The position numbers and the translations under genes are program-made. From positions 74,774,001 through 74,838,000 of the forward strand of contig CM052817.1 of assembly GCA_028534125.1 (NCBI GenBank): 64,000 nucleotides of DNA. The letters run 5' to 3'. Position 1 is the stretch's first letter; the number at the start of each line of letters is the position of its first letter. Of this stretch, positions 51,001 through 64,000 are shown in pieces. The stretch comes from Lama glama. Its lineage: Eukaryota. The notes under the pieces are model-generated. The model saw nothing but the letters and a program-made list of their open reading frames with translations. It had not been told where the DNA came from and did not search any database.

Positions 51001-51284
51001 CTAAAATTATTTTTGACCAACTGTATTTTTGGACCTAAAACTAGGAACTTGTATCTAATTACTTTATTCATGCTGAATTCAGGTTACAACATTGCCTGCT
51101 CAAATTTATATCCTTTCCAGTTTTATCCTTTATATAATTATCTTAATAATACTTTCCTTATCAGGGCCCATAAACTCCAATACTATCAGCATATAGACAG
51201 CTAGGAACAGGAAAAGAGTAGACTGTGCATCCCAGAGAAATGAAAGTATATGCAAAGTGACTAAGAACAAATGCTCCTATAGTG

Positions 51285-51510
51285 GCCAGTAACAGTTCTA
51301 AGTGCTTTTATGTGTTTTAACTCATGTAATCCTCACAAAAAGCTCAAAGAGAAGGTGTTATTACTACCTGCAATGCCAAGATGAGGAAATTGCAGAATAG
51401 TAAGTGTCAGGAATGTGCCCGAGGACCTCACAGATGGGTACATGGTACTGCCAGGGTTTGAGCGGTGACTCCGGCTGCAGACACCCACACACCGTATTAC
51501 ACACTGTACT
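51285..51510 (-). mobile_element. MIR SINE
   Basis: ttctaagtgctttta…taatcctcacaa…agatgaggaaattg. Confidence 0.75.
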
Positions 51511-52509
51511 TCCTCAGGTCGAACTCATTTAAAATAGTCTGATGGACTTTGTTATGGAAATCACAAGAGGTTCACACACGTTGGTTCATTGCAGAGAATG
51601 GCACACACATTGCTTAATGCTTTTATTATTTACACTGATTGAACTGGCTGAGGAAGGAGGTGGCTGGAGTCTGTGTATATTGTATGGGTGTTACCTGTGA
51701 CCAAGGTAACACTTCTTATTAATGACGTCCATCATCGTATTTCTTTTTAGCTTTGCCGTGTTTTGAAATGGGATCCAAGTGTCCTTAGAGTCTTGTCTGT
51801 GGGAGCATTATCTCTTCAATACATAGCCACAGGTTTACATGTGCTTAATTTTATCAAAATATTAAAGGCTTCTGGAAAAGACTCTGTGTGATTCCCAGGC
51901 AATGTCCTGGGAACATGTAGGAGAAAATTACAATTGATTTGGACCTGTGAGAGTTTAGTATATAGACTTTATTACCTAAAAGTACAGGGGGAAGACGTGT
52001 TTATAGCTCCTCTCTGTAGAGCACAGAGTGAAGACAGCTTATTTTAAATAATGTAGACAAATCACAGCCTGTTGTTCTGAGCCTCAAATGCCAAGTGTTA
52101 CAATAAGCCCACGACCCCAAACACTCCCCACCCCGAATACTATTCTATCTTTCAGCAAATAAAATAAGGGAAAATGTACTCAATGTGAAGTTTTGCCTCC
52201 TGACACACCTTCATTTGTACGTTTGGTCCAGAGACCAAGCAAGATGCCACCTCTTGCTCCAGGTCAGAAGCTTCTTCATTCCTTCCCAAGTACAGACTCT
52301 CTGGAGCCTGGCATGGAGTGTGATGTCCTCCAGTGTCCTCCTCCCTGGGCTGTGAGGATATGTAACAGATAAACTGCTGTAGGTCCCATCTGTGCAGCAC
52401 TGGGAGTTTTGTGTTTGCTTCCCCTGATAACCCTAGGGTAAGAACCCCTCCCTCACTAGTGGGGGAGTAGGAGGCAGTCAAAATCAAGTGGACGAGGAGA
52501 GAAGGAGCT

Positions 52510-52822
52510 AGAGCTCTTCTGTCCAACACAGACCCCGCTAGCCTCACGCGACTATCAAACCCTTGAAATGTGGCAAGTCCAGACCGGTGACCAACTCAAT
52601 TCTGAGGACTTCATAGGAGCACAAGAATGTAAACAGCTCATTCGTAATTTGTAAACTGATTTTATGTCGAAATAACATTTTGGACATATTGTCTTAAATA
52701 AAATATTAAAATTAATTTCATCTTTTTCTAGTTTTCCAAAGTAGCTCCTAGAAAACTTAGAATTATGTGGGTCATTTACATTTGTGACTTAAGTTCTATT
52801 TCTATTTAGCGGCTCTGGTTTA
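52510..52822. mobile_element. MER3/MER33-like hAT-Charlie DNA transposon
   Basis: ctgtccaaca…cttgaaatgtggcaagtcc…aataacattttggacatattg…taaaattaatttcatc…ctagaaaacttagaatta. Confidence 0.8.
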
Positions 52823-53984
52823 GGGAAAGATATTCAGGAAAAGAAGCAGTGTAACTTGGGCTTATGTAAGAGAAAGATTCCTAGAAGCCTAAAAGCTTGA
52901 TTTGATTGGGTGTATTTTTAAAAACACAACAAGAGATCAAGGGGAAGCAGAAAATGTACCTGAAAAGGGAAGAGCTCCATCATGGATGTACTTAATTTGG
53001 GTGTCAGGCAGATATTTAGATGGTGATGAACAGAGTAAGATAGGTCTGGAATTCATGACTACATTTAAGGCTGGAGATACAGAATTACTAGTTCTGACAT
53101 TGAAAGCCGTAATAAAATGACTAGACCTGGAATGTAAAGCAAACCAAGAATAAGGTTGATGATATATATTAAGGTTGGGCAAATAAGTAAATAAGTACCA
53201 TTCAGCACATTTTAATGCATTTCAGTGAATTTTATTATTGAGTACCTACTATGTGCCAGGTTTTGGTAGACACATGAGAAATGGTAAAATATTTTTGAAC
53301 GAAAATTAACTATTTATACAAATGTCTTATTTCAGGCCTGAAATACCTTATACTTGCAATAAAAAATGCAAAAAATACTGTTTGGTGTTAATAAATATAA
53401 TTGAAAACAATATATTGAAATATAAGAGAATGTTTTATTTGTGGAAAGGAGACCTTATTCAATGAAGGTGAAATAGGAGATGAAGACTTGTAGAGAATTC
53501 AGATAAATTTTCTTGTAATTTTTAACTATCTAGGTGCTTTTGCATTGATTTGTTATTATATCTATATCTTCTCATTAAACTTTGTGACTTTCCTCTGAGA
53601 AAGTTGTACCTCTAGAACTGATATTCCTGATAGAATATCTGTTTGAGTTGCCAAATACTTGAAGAGAGAGATTAAAAAGAGAAGGTACAAGTGAGATATT
53701 CTACTAGGTGGACTAAGGAAGAGGTAGGTAGGAGGAAGGGATAAAGAGACGTCAGTGGACTGAGATGGGACTATTCTGCTCTGAAAGTGGATCAGAGCAA
53801 CACCAGGGAGGCATACAAAACTGATTTTTGGATAATGATGGGAAAAACAGTTTCTAATTTTAACCAAATACAATTAAGGATATGTTTAAGATACATGTTT
53901 TATTATTAAAGGGAGTAGAAAAACATGTTTTTGTTTGATGAGAGAAGAGATAGAGGTTTGAATATTATACATTATTTTTGTAAC

Positions 53985-54200
53985 AAACACGTTCCAGCAT
54001 AACTACATTAGGCATTGTGCTAAGTTGTTTATATTCTCATTTAATGTTTACAATGACCCAATGAATAATACATTATTGGCTCTATTTTACAGGAAAGGAA
54101 ACTGTGACTTAGGGAAGTTCTACAAATTATCCGAGGCCACACAGCTTGCTTGAGACAGAACTGGGGAGAGAACCCGGACATCAAAAGTCCACTCCCATAA
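53985..54200 (-). mobile_element. MIR SINE
   Basis: aggcattgtgctaag…attttacaggaaaggaaactgtgacttagggaag…gaggccacacagct. Confidence 0.75.
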
Positions 54201-56885
54201 CTTCCTGGTTACACTTGTTATATGGCTGGAATTCAGGGGGTATATATGTAGTGAACAAAGTAAAAGGGAAGGAAAAAGATTCATCTATTGATTAAAACCT
54301 TGAGTTTTAGAGGAGAAACAACATTACTCCAGTGACCATACCAGCAGTAGTATTTATTCTGAAGAAGTGAGAACCAAAGATATGTTATCCACTTACTAAA
54401 TCAGTTATTTAACAATTTCGGTAAATGCTGAGTTCTGTTTCTGCTTTTTCCACCCACTTCACTGGCTCACGCAGAAAAATATTCATTTGCATATATATAT
54501 ATGTACATATATTGAGGATATATATGTACCCATGGCCAAGCTGTGTTCCTGTAGTTGAGGTAAAATCCAATAGGCAAGACTATTAGATTTCTTTCTTCTT
54601 GAAATCACTGCCCAGCATTGTTTTTGACGTACCTCCATTAAGCAAATGGTTAATATGTTTTCTAGCCACTAAAAACAGGCTTGTAAGATATTATTCCACT
54701 ACAAATTGCTTGCATAATTAAAATGAGTTGCTATTCATGGTAAACAGGTTACCTTATATCATATTAATACAGTGTCATAGAAGAACCAAAACTACATAAG
54801 ATAAATGTAAATGGGTTTGTTGAAACTGAGACAAAGAAAATCTCTTATTGAATGAAGAGCTATTTTCTTTTTAGAAGAAAATACACTGTTAGAAAGAGTA
54901 TAAATTATTCTCATTAGCATTCTTTCCTGTTGCCTATTTAATTATTTTGGAGCCATTGTTAAATACAAACAAAATTCATTTTTGTATGAGATTTGTAATA
55001 GGACTTTTAGAGACTGGTAGTTGACAAGTACATGCAATATTTTGATGTAAGCTTATAATCAAATATTCTTCTTTACTTTTATTAATGTAATCAACAATTG
55101 TATTTGTAAGTTAGGTCACTGGAAAAAAGAAAAAGAAGCAAAGAGAAGACACTAGCTTATTTAAAGGTTTTAGGAAGATCTTTAAACTTTTAAAAAGTAT
55201 GTCACTCAATAGTACAAAAGATAATTTACTTAAAATGTTAAAGAATTACATATGTTAAATCTTGAGTCAATAATTTTGAAGTAGCCAGTGGGTAAAAATT
55301 GGGAAAACCAAGATATTCTTAAAAGTAACATTTTTCCAGATTTATTATAATCTCCTCATAGCCCAGAGTCCCTCTAAGTAGTTTACTGTAAGAGATGAAG
55401 ATGAATTATGTAATTAAAATTTGCTTTTTGTCTTCATTATCAATCATAAGAAGAACATACACATTGACTGAAATGAACTAGGGGAGAAGAGAGTACTTGA
55501 ATTTGAGGGAATTTTGCCACCAGGTATCTGTAGGTAACTGAATGATACTTTGTATATTAGTTAGAAAAAAATAAGGAAATGCAGAAAATTAGTTACATTT
55601 AAAAAAATCTGGTGATGAGTTGGACTTTAAATTACATCAATTTTACTTAATATAAAAAATGTCTCCCCTCTTTTCTATGAATATCTCTGTTACCCAACTT
55701 GGGAAAAAAGTTAACCTCTAGTTCATGAAAGAGAGAAAAATAGAATGTAAAGGAAACTAGTGAACAAATAAATCAAAAATTAGAGTTCTAAATACACAAC
55801 TGTTGTGATTTCAGTGTGCTTAATGAAATGCTATCAAGCACATGCTCACCTAGGTAAGGTTGAGAAATTCAGCCTCTCACTTAACAAAGAAACAGCAAAA
55901 GTAACAGTTTGTGATTTGTATCAACTCATACCCAAGAAAAATTTTACATTTTCTGAAAAAGATTAAGAGCCTTTATATGCAGTGGAAAAACAACAGGAAA
56001 ACAAACAAAATTTTAATAAAGCATAAATCCAATGTTGAATTCTGACAAAAGTATGTAAAAATTCTTGATTCTCTTTTAAATTAGGCTTGAATTGCTTTCT
56101 TAAAACAACAAACAATAAATAAACAAGAAAACAATGATCTTCAATTTCCTTTGACAACATTGAATTATGTCAAGCATAATTTCTCGGATTCTAGGAGAAA
56201 GTAACATTATTTACAGCCTATAGAAAAATTACTCTGGAGGAAGGACAGATTGAGAGATAAAGCTACCAAAGACAGTTTGATTTACTGATCTGCAGAAATT
56301 TTACCTTCATGTATCACTGAGAAGATTAACAAAGCTCTAACACATCTTCATTGACAAATGAGACAAAAATCCAACCGGCACGACAAGAATCTCCAAATAA
56401 GAGAGGAACCTGTAACTCTAAGACAGAAAGAGCATCACTTCTCTAGAAATTAATTTTTGGATGCCATGGCTGAGAAATAGGGTTTAGTTTAGAGAATCAG
56501 TGGTGTTTAAAGAGGTAAGTTTTAGATTATATTTCTTCTTTTAAATAGACATTAAAAACATAGTCTTCTGCACTAGTATATGTACTGGCATATGTAAAAG
56601 TTCATGCTTTAAACGACTGACATATACTACATAAAAGGCACAAGTGCCTCACTCTACCTGTAAACACATATTGATTTCTTCATTCCGTATCTTATCAATA
56701 AAGGTTTCTTCTTCTGTGGGTAGTGGAAAAATACATACATACTACATCATTATCAGGGTGGCAAGACCTAGATTAATAGTATGGTAAGATTTTTGACCTA
56801 TAAAGATGGCCTTACACCTAGTAGTTAATATATTATGCAAAGTATGCACTTTCTCACTCATTCTCCCCAAAAATGTCTGATAGAT

Positions 56886-56891
56886 TTTATT
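56886..56891 (-). terminator. Candidate NDST4 polyadenylation signal (AATAAA)
   Basis: First canonical AATAAA I found on the minus strand after the stop codon (~720 nt downstream). Further AATAAA hexamers lie more distally (e.g. ~55078, ~54354). Confidence 0.4.
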
Positions 56892-57609
56892 GGAACCGTA
56901 ATTCAAAATCCACTGAGAATGGCGTGCCCTGCCAGAAAAAAAGAGTATTATCAATGAGTATGGAAACTTCCAGATAGTCTCCTCCTACAGCAGGAACATA
57001 GACCAAAAATGTGGGCGGTGACAACTTCACAACTTCCCTAGCAAGTCAAGGGAATTCATAAAGAGGGGTAACAGAAGAAAATATGTGTGGGCTAAATAGA
57101 ATAAATAATTGCTGCTCAAAATAAGAGTGTGGGATTATATAATTTTTTCATAATAAAAGCAAAATTGTTTTTAAATTAGCAAAGAGAAAATGTGAGCCCT
57201 TACTTCAGATATTGGATTACTTCTACCTCATTTACAGAATCCCAGTTCTTATCTTTTCCTCAGAATTCTAATTTGTCACTTGTATATAATCAGGGTTCTT
57301 AGTCATACGCAGAGTTTCCAAAACCTTATGGTTAACAGAGGAACTGGGCTGTATTATAATCCCCACACTGGAAACTGGATAATGCCACAAAACCCCACAT
57401 TATTTCCCAAAAGCTCACACAGGGATTGATGCTAGTACTTGCCAATGCGTGCATATATAACATTTTTCATTTTATGAAAAAGATAGGAGATTTAGTCACA
57501 CGGTCCTTTGTTGACAATCACAAGTGCATTAAGGGGATAAAAGTTTTTGTTTTTTTCTGTTTCATAGGAAGAGTCAGTAACTTGTGAGCCTTTGTTCTCG
57601 TCCCCAGTG

Positions 57610-57729
57610 CTATCTCACTTTCTGCAGCTCCTGTCTCAGCCATGACGGTAGAGGCTGCCCCAGCCTATGTAGCAGTTTGGACAGTTCCACATTATGATCT
57701 CGGTAGTAATTAGAGAGGAAAGTTCTAGA
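57610..57729 (-). CDS. NDST4: NDST4 terminal coding exon with stop codon
   Basis: Acceptor tttgctttccag|TCT, phase 0, [42 protein letters not shown] (120 nt). Confidence 0.97.
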   Translation of the reverse strand, partial: SRTFLSNYYRDHNVELSKLLHRLGQPLPSWLRQELQKVR

Positions 57730-59158
57730 CTGGAAAGCAAACAGAAAAAGAAGACTTGAAGGAAGTTACAAGTTCATTAAATGAGATTGGGTATATTTCT
57801 GGATGCATTTCTTTGTATTTTCTGACAGATATTACTCATTTTTACCTTTCAGAAAGATTTGGCAGAAGTGTAGCTGTAAAGTAAAAACGGGTCAGGTATA
57901 ACTTACGTGGCTAATATACCATGACAGCACTTGTGTATTGTGTGGTTCATGAAATCTACACAGGGAGAAAGGCTGATGAGAGATATCTAATTCTAAAGAA
58001 GAATGAGGTAGGTAGGAACCTGATGTGGTACCAAGCCTACCAAAAAAAAAAACACCTCTTTGTTTGAAATCGGTCAATTTCTATAAAACTGGGCCATAAC
58101 ATAAAAATAAAAAGTGAACATAATCATAAAAGCTAAATTTTATGATTAAAGAAATAACTTGCAACACTGCAAAAAAATTTTTTATATTTATCAGGACCAA
58201 AACAGATTTAAAAAAAATTATCATGCGTTTGTAGTTCAAAAATATTATAAGGTCTCATTACAAAGATCATTTTAATGATCTTTCTGGTGATTCTTATATT
58301 TCTAGTCAAGCTGGTGTGATTGGCCATTTTTAGATGAGTGGCTTAAAAAAGGATTATCAAATATATCAGTGGGTTTAGTTTGTTTTCTTTTCTTTCTAGA
58401 AAGCAGAAAATTTATAATTGGGTTTCTCTCTGGATGTCACTTACCTCATATTATAACCCAATGAACATGGTTCTGTGTCTCTTTGATTAAACAGTTGAGC
58501 TGAGCATGTTTTCCTGTGAGAAAGGAATGGGGGCAGTAATGGCCCACTCATCATTTTCCATCTGATCAGAGTTACACTCTCTCTCTTAAGGCCTTCTCAA
58601 TATTTTAGCACAAATGAATCTCTTTCTTCATAAAAGTCCCTTAGCAACTTTTGTCTATACTGTGGAAATGGACTTAAGACAAGTACATTTTGTCTTGGAC
58701 CATTCACCAGGTATTTCATTACATTTCTTCCCTTAAACCAGGCTGTAAACACTTCAAATTCAGGATAAGATGTTTATAGAAGTCATGGGAACATTACATT
58801 GATTTCTTGGCAGAGTAAAGTGATTTTTGAAGCCCTTTTGAAATTATTGAGTTCAAAGGTATGGTTTGAGGACCTTCTGGTTCTTCTATCTCCATAGTAA
58901 CACCTGAATCACTTCCAGTCGCCTTTTGCCCACCTTGCCTTAGGAGAGATACTCATTATAGCTTCTCAGCTGATTGCTAACTGGTTTCCCAATCTTAACT
59001 TATCTCCTCATACCATAACTTTTATTGAGAGATTTTTTTCCCCTGCTTTTTTGTAGTTTGACATTGTTCTATGTATCTTATTATAAATTAGTGATCATAA
59101 CTAATTTACCCTCCTATAATAAATTTGGGTTTGTAACTGTTTTATCCTGTATCCTAAT

Positions 59159-59958
59159 TGTGATATTGTGATTTATAATAAGAAATATGTAGTTGGACTT
59201 TGACCCCATTTCTGGCATAGAGCTCTTAAAACACTTGGAATTTCCTAAGGGAGAGAGTGATAAAGGTATCTTTTGTTATGTTAATGAGGTGGCTTTTGGA
59301 GCCCACCCAAGGATGGAGCCTGGTTGCTAGAACCAACCTTGTGATTAGAAGGTTAGAACTTTAAATCCTATCCCCCCAACCTTGGGGAAAGGGAGGGGGC
59401 TGGCGGTTGAATTAATTGCCATTGGTCAATGATTTAATCAATCGTGTCTATGTAATGGAATTTCCATAAAGGCCCCAAAAGGACAGGGTTTGGACAGCTT
59501 CTAGGCTGGTGAACATGTGGAGACTGGGGACGGCAGTGCACGCATTCGGCAAGGGCACAGAAGAGCCATGCTCTTCCCTGTGTCTCGCCCTGTGCATCTC
59601 TTACATCTGGCCACTCCTGAGTTATATTCTTTGTAGTAAAATAGTGGTCTAGTAAGAAAACATTTTCTCTGAGTTCTGAGAGCTGTTCTAGCAAATTAAT
59701 CAAACTCAAGGAGGGAGTTGTTAGAACCTCTAATGGATAGCCAGTTGATCTAGAGCCCAGGTGATAATCAGCACTTTGGCACTGCTCTGTGAAGTGGAGG
59801 GGAGGGGAGGGAGGCCGTCTCGTAGGACTGGGCCCTTAACCTGTGGGATCTGATACTGTGGTTAGAACTGTGTTGAAATGTGGGACATGCAGCTGGGGTC
59901 TGGGCATCGCTTGGTGGAAAAACGTACCCACCCACATGCTGTAGCTGGTGATCAGAAC
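59159..59958 (+). mobile_element. MER21-like solo LTR in the last NDST4 intron
   Basis: Begins tgtgatattgtgatttataataagaaatat…ctggcatagagctcttaaaacacttggaatttcct, the MER21 5' signature as I recall it. Confidence 0.8.
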
Positions 59959-60314
59959 ACTTTACTCTCCATTGTTTAACTCACTACCACACATGGTATA
60001 GGCGTTGGATACATATATTTAATATATAATAATAATGCTTATATATTTTATCCAAAATCGCTTGTTTAGTAGATAATTTATATAAGTACCTTACACATTT
60101 GGAAAGGTGCTACTGTACAGTCAACATTTATGTTTGAATTGCATCCCAGCAACACACAATTTCTATGGATATTTATTGATCATATGTATCTGTTGGTCTA
60201 TCTATCTTCTAAATACATAAAAGTATTGATAGCAAAGAAAGAGCAAATGAAGGAAGCACATTTACTGTCTTCTACTTTTGAAACAGTTGTATGCACAGAG
60301 TATTTCAAAGATTA

Positions 60315-60566
<252 letters not shown>

Positions 60567-62865
60567 TCAGTTCTACCAATATAATTCACTGAATTGATTT
60601 GAGAGATTTAATTGAGGTTAAATAAATTATGTCATATATTTTTGAATAGTTCTATTGTTAGGAAAAAAGACATATAGATCTTTTTTCTTTCCTTATGTTG
60701 AAATTATTAAGTTCCATATTTTACCTATTCATCCATAAAAGATCAAAGATGAATCAACAAAACTACCACCCCTATAAAAAGGATCTTTAGAATATTTAGA
60801 ATATTCATTTATTAATATGATTTCCCTGTTAAAATATATTAACAGATTTCTTTGAAATCATTCAATAGTATATATTAAGGGGACTGAATGTAACATAAAC
60901 ATACTTCTGTGAATATAAACATGAATTAATGCTTCTAAGAAAAATACTGTATTTTTTTTTAACAGTCGAAATGTTTTCACTTTTCAAGGAGGAATTAAAA
61001 GGGTAAAAATATAATTCACTGTATTTTTCCAGACAATGTGAGACACCGGTTATACAAATGGTAAGTGTAAGACTAGACAATACGTCAGTTCTTTTGTCGA
61101 AAGTAGATGATCCTACTGGATAATTCAGAACCCTATACTCTTAAAGAGAATTCTAATGTTGTTTTGCCCATGCGGCTGCCCAAATTTACAAAAGAAAGAA
61201 TGCATGGCCTAATTATTTGTTTAAACTCAGGTCTATAAGAATTTTTGTTTAGGACTAACAAGATAGGAAAAATGAAAGAATGAACAAATAAGCAGGGAAA
61301 TTTTAAATGTATTGCTATGGGACTTGCTGCATGCATAAAACATCGAAAAGGTTTGCATTTTTGTTGCTCAGCAGATGTTTTAGAAGGATGACGCATAATT
61401 GACTAGGATGTAAAGTTAATTAGTTGCAGAATATTTTGTTGCCCTGGGCCCGTTCCTGTAATGCCGGTGCACCTGCAGTTTGCTTCTGCACATATGTGAG
61501 CTCATTTAGGGGGAGAGAGAAATTTTCTTCACAGTTCCCTGCCCAACCTATTACTAGAGACCTGATCCTTGCAGTCCAGGTTGTCCTAGTACATGTTATC
61601 AATTAAAATTAAATACATCACTGGTTAAATGGATAAAAGGAAGACAGGGTCATTTCTAACCTGGACTTTTCAATCTGCTCCTTGCCTCTCAAAGCCTGTC
61701 TCTAGTTTTCATTAATTTCCCAAGAGGAAAAACAATTCGGCATGCTGTGCAAAATGAGACGGGGAAGTTGGCATAACGGTGCCCCTAAACAGCATTTTCT
61801 GCCACAGGATGAGACTTTTTAACTGCATTAAGGTAAAGTACAGCTCTGGCAACCAAGCCAAAATATTTATACACACACTGAGAGCATCTTCTTTGCTCTC
61901 TGGTGTGCAGAGGTCTCAGGATGGGTGGCCGTCTCTCCTTGCTCTCCACAGCCGCTGTTGTGAGGCAGAGTTTAATACAACCTGAGGAAGGAGAGCCATC
62001 CAGAATAGTGACAGTCATTCTTTACAGTCGCGTTGCCATCACCTTGAATCCACCTAATTGTGCTGTGCTGGTTTCATTTACGGCACGGACAACATTGTAT
62101 CTACCCTAAGTCTGACAAAGGGCATTTATTTTTGCTAAGTTCTATCGAAGCATTGCTTTATGGTTTGGTTTTAGTAGGCCTGAAATTGTGAAACTGAGAT
62201 GCAAAGCCTTTCTCAAATAAGCGGCAGACAACTTTGAGGACATGAACTGGTTGCCATACGAGTTCGTTTATTGCACTGAACGTCACTCTCATTATTAATT
62301 TTGGGAATGGGTGAGACATATTAAAAGCCATATATTCTGCACTTGTTTGTAATCTCTTCTTTAGGAGTATGCTTTTACAGGTTTATTGAACCATAAGCAC
62401 TATTTGTAGTGAACAGGAGAGAATCATTCCCTAAACTCCTGCGGGGAGGCAGGGGAAGACATGCTGACATCGATAACTATTAATGTAAATGTATTAGAGG
62501 AAGCTTGGTTTACTTAATCAGCAGGGGCATGCCTTGTGTTGTTATTTCCAAGTGTAGGGGAAAACTTCATTAGACTTCTTTCAGTGGATAAGGAACAACC
62601 CAATCTTATTACTACTTTTCCTGTCCTTCCATTACCCTCTCTAATTGTCTAATTGCTGGTTCTAATCCGCTGTGAACTGGGAAATTATATAATCAAGCTC
62701 GTTACGATTTTGTCTACAATTTAATAGGCTTTATATCAGGCCTTGTGAGGGAGTCAAGTACATGCGCTTTTAAATATATATTTTGGCTGCCTGGAGCTTT
62801 TGTTTTTGTTTGTTTGTTATTTTGCTTCTTTATACTTTTTATTTACATTTTCAATTATGCAAGTA

Positions 62866-63417
62866 TATGATTTTATTTTCCCAAGATGACGGCAGCACTA
62901 TCCCCCCTCCCACATTCTCTTCTGCAAGGTGCCCATGCCCCGCTCCATCAAGAGGGGGAGGCCCCCTCCCCTCGCCGTGGATTTGTACTGGCTTTAGTGA
63001 CTTGGCTGTGATGAATAGAATATGATGTCAGTGCTGCTGTGTGACATGCCCTGGACCATGTTCCCTGGACATGTCACACCCTCAGAACACACAACCACTA
63101 GACTGTGAGAAAGTCACACAGAGAGGCCTTGTCACACTGAACTCAGCTTGGAGCCATCCCAGCCCAAGAACCCTTTAAGAGGTGAGTGGAGAAGTGAAGA
63201 ATCCTCCAGAAGATTCCAGGCCCCAGCCATTCAAGTCATATCCAGGTAGTCATGTCTTCCTAGAGGTGGCACCAGGTATTCTGAGCAGAGACAAGTTGTT
63301 CTGGATGTGTCCTGTTTAAAGTCCCAGCCCACTGGATCCATGAGCATAAAAAAATGGCTACCGTTATATGCTGGTAGGTTTGGAAGGTCTGTCAGGCAAT
63401 AATAGACAACTGCAAAA
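62866..63417 (+). mobile_element. MLT1 (MaLR) solo LTR in an NDST4 intron
   Basis: cccaagatg…ccagccattcaagtc…gagcagagacaag…cccactggatccatgagcataaaaaaatgg…gcaataatagacaac. Confidence 0.8.
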
Positions 63418-63895
63418 TTATTATGTGATTATATTTGCTTATACATAATTTAATAAATACAGAGTAAAACATAGATGTGTCCCCTTCCCAATTCTGCCCC
63501 CAATACTGGTCACTTTCATAAAGCTAATGGTGGCCATCTGCATTTTATTTCTAACTAGTAAATTACTTGGGAGAAGAGACTATATCTTTTTCACCTTTGC
63601 AACTTCTGCACAGAGTAGGCATGTAAAAAAAAAGTTTACTTAATCAAATGTATAATGGGATAAAGCTTACAAAAAGGGAAATTTGTGATACATAAAATGC
63701 CTATAAGATAAATTGTCCCTGGTATTCAAAAAGGAGACACTACATGAATAATGAGGATATTCCTTGGACTGTTCTTGAGTAGCATAATGATGTATAAATT
63801 CACAGCCAGTATTAATGATGCTGTATACACACCTACCAGTGATAATTTATGATGGCAAATAATGGAAATGAAGTCAAGCATGAGAACAGACTCAC

Positions 63896-64000
63896 GTTAG
63901 TGCTTCAGAGTAATTGTAATGAGGTGTAACTCCCAGGAACTTCTGGACTTCATCCATCACAGTAGCTGGGTCAGATCTCAGCTGCTGTCCATCAATAATT
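63896..64000 (-). CDS. NDST4: NDST4 third-from-last coding exon (5' part beyond window edge), sulfotransferase domain
   Basis: Minus strand translates [34 protein letters not shown](T). It ends AC|gtgagt (phase 2), matching the phase-2 start of the next exon. Recognisable NDST sulfotransferase-domain sequence. Confidence 0.96.

Noticed and set aside
28581..58283. Scattered 9-10-bp hairpins (~28581-28619, 29912-29938, 43694-43715, 51688-51712, 58262-58283) as miRNA or structured RNA
   Set aside because: Stems are too short for pre-miRNA and are expected by chance in 64 kb of AT-rich DNA.

Overview
AT-rich, repeat-laden mammalian genomic DNA. It is most likely from a camelid: there is a vic-1-type tRNA-derived SINE with target-site duplication and camelid-type L1 3' ends, and I saw no Alu, Bov-tA/BovB or PRE1. 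The right end carries the last three coding exons of NDST4 (heparan sulfate N-deacetylase/N-sulfotransferase 4) on the minus strand (63896-64000 truncated, 60327-60429, 57610-57729), spliced in phase and ending in ...QELQKVR*. The other ~56 kb lies downstream of NDST4 (toward UGT8 in human/mouse synteny, from memory) and contains L1, L2, CR1/L3, MIR, MER5/MER3-type DNA transposons, MLT1 and MER21-like LTRs. The main unexplained signal is a chain of non-repeat, exon-like segments on the minus strand (27313-27407, 24847-25038, 18287-18332, 14940-15083, 1605-1699, 47-107). They have canonical splice sites and open, partly phase-compatible frames, which suggests an unrecognised multi-exon gene or gene relic that I cannot name. 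Lesser observations are a plus-strand cluster of decayed exon-like segments, two twin-primed (5'-inverted) L1 insertions, CpG-rich patches inside ancient repeats, and candidate conserved enhancers. Repeat family names and boundaries are by-eye estimates. Exon-like segments arise easily by chance in AT-rich DNA, so everything outside NDST4 is a hypothesis.
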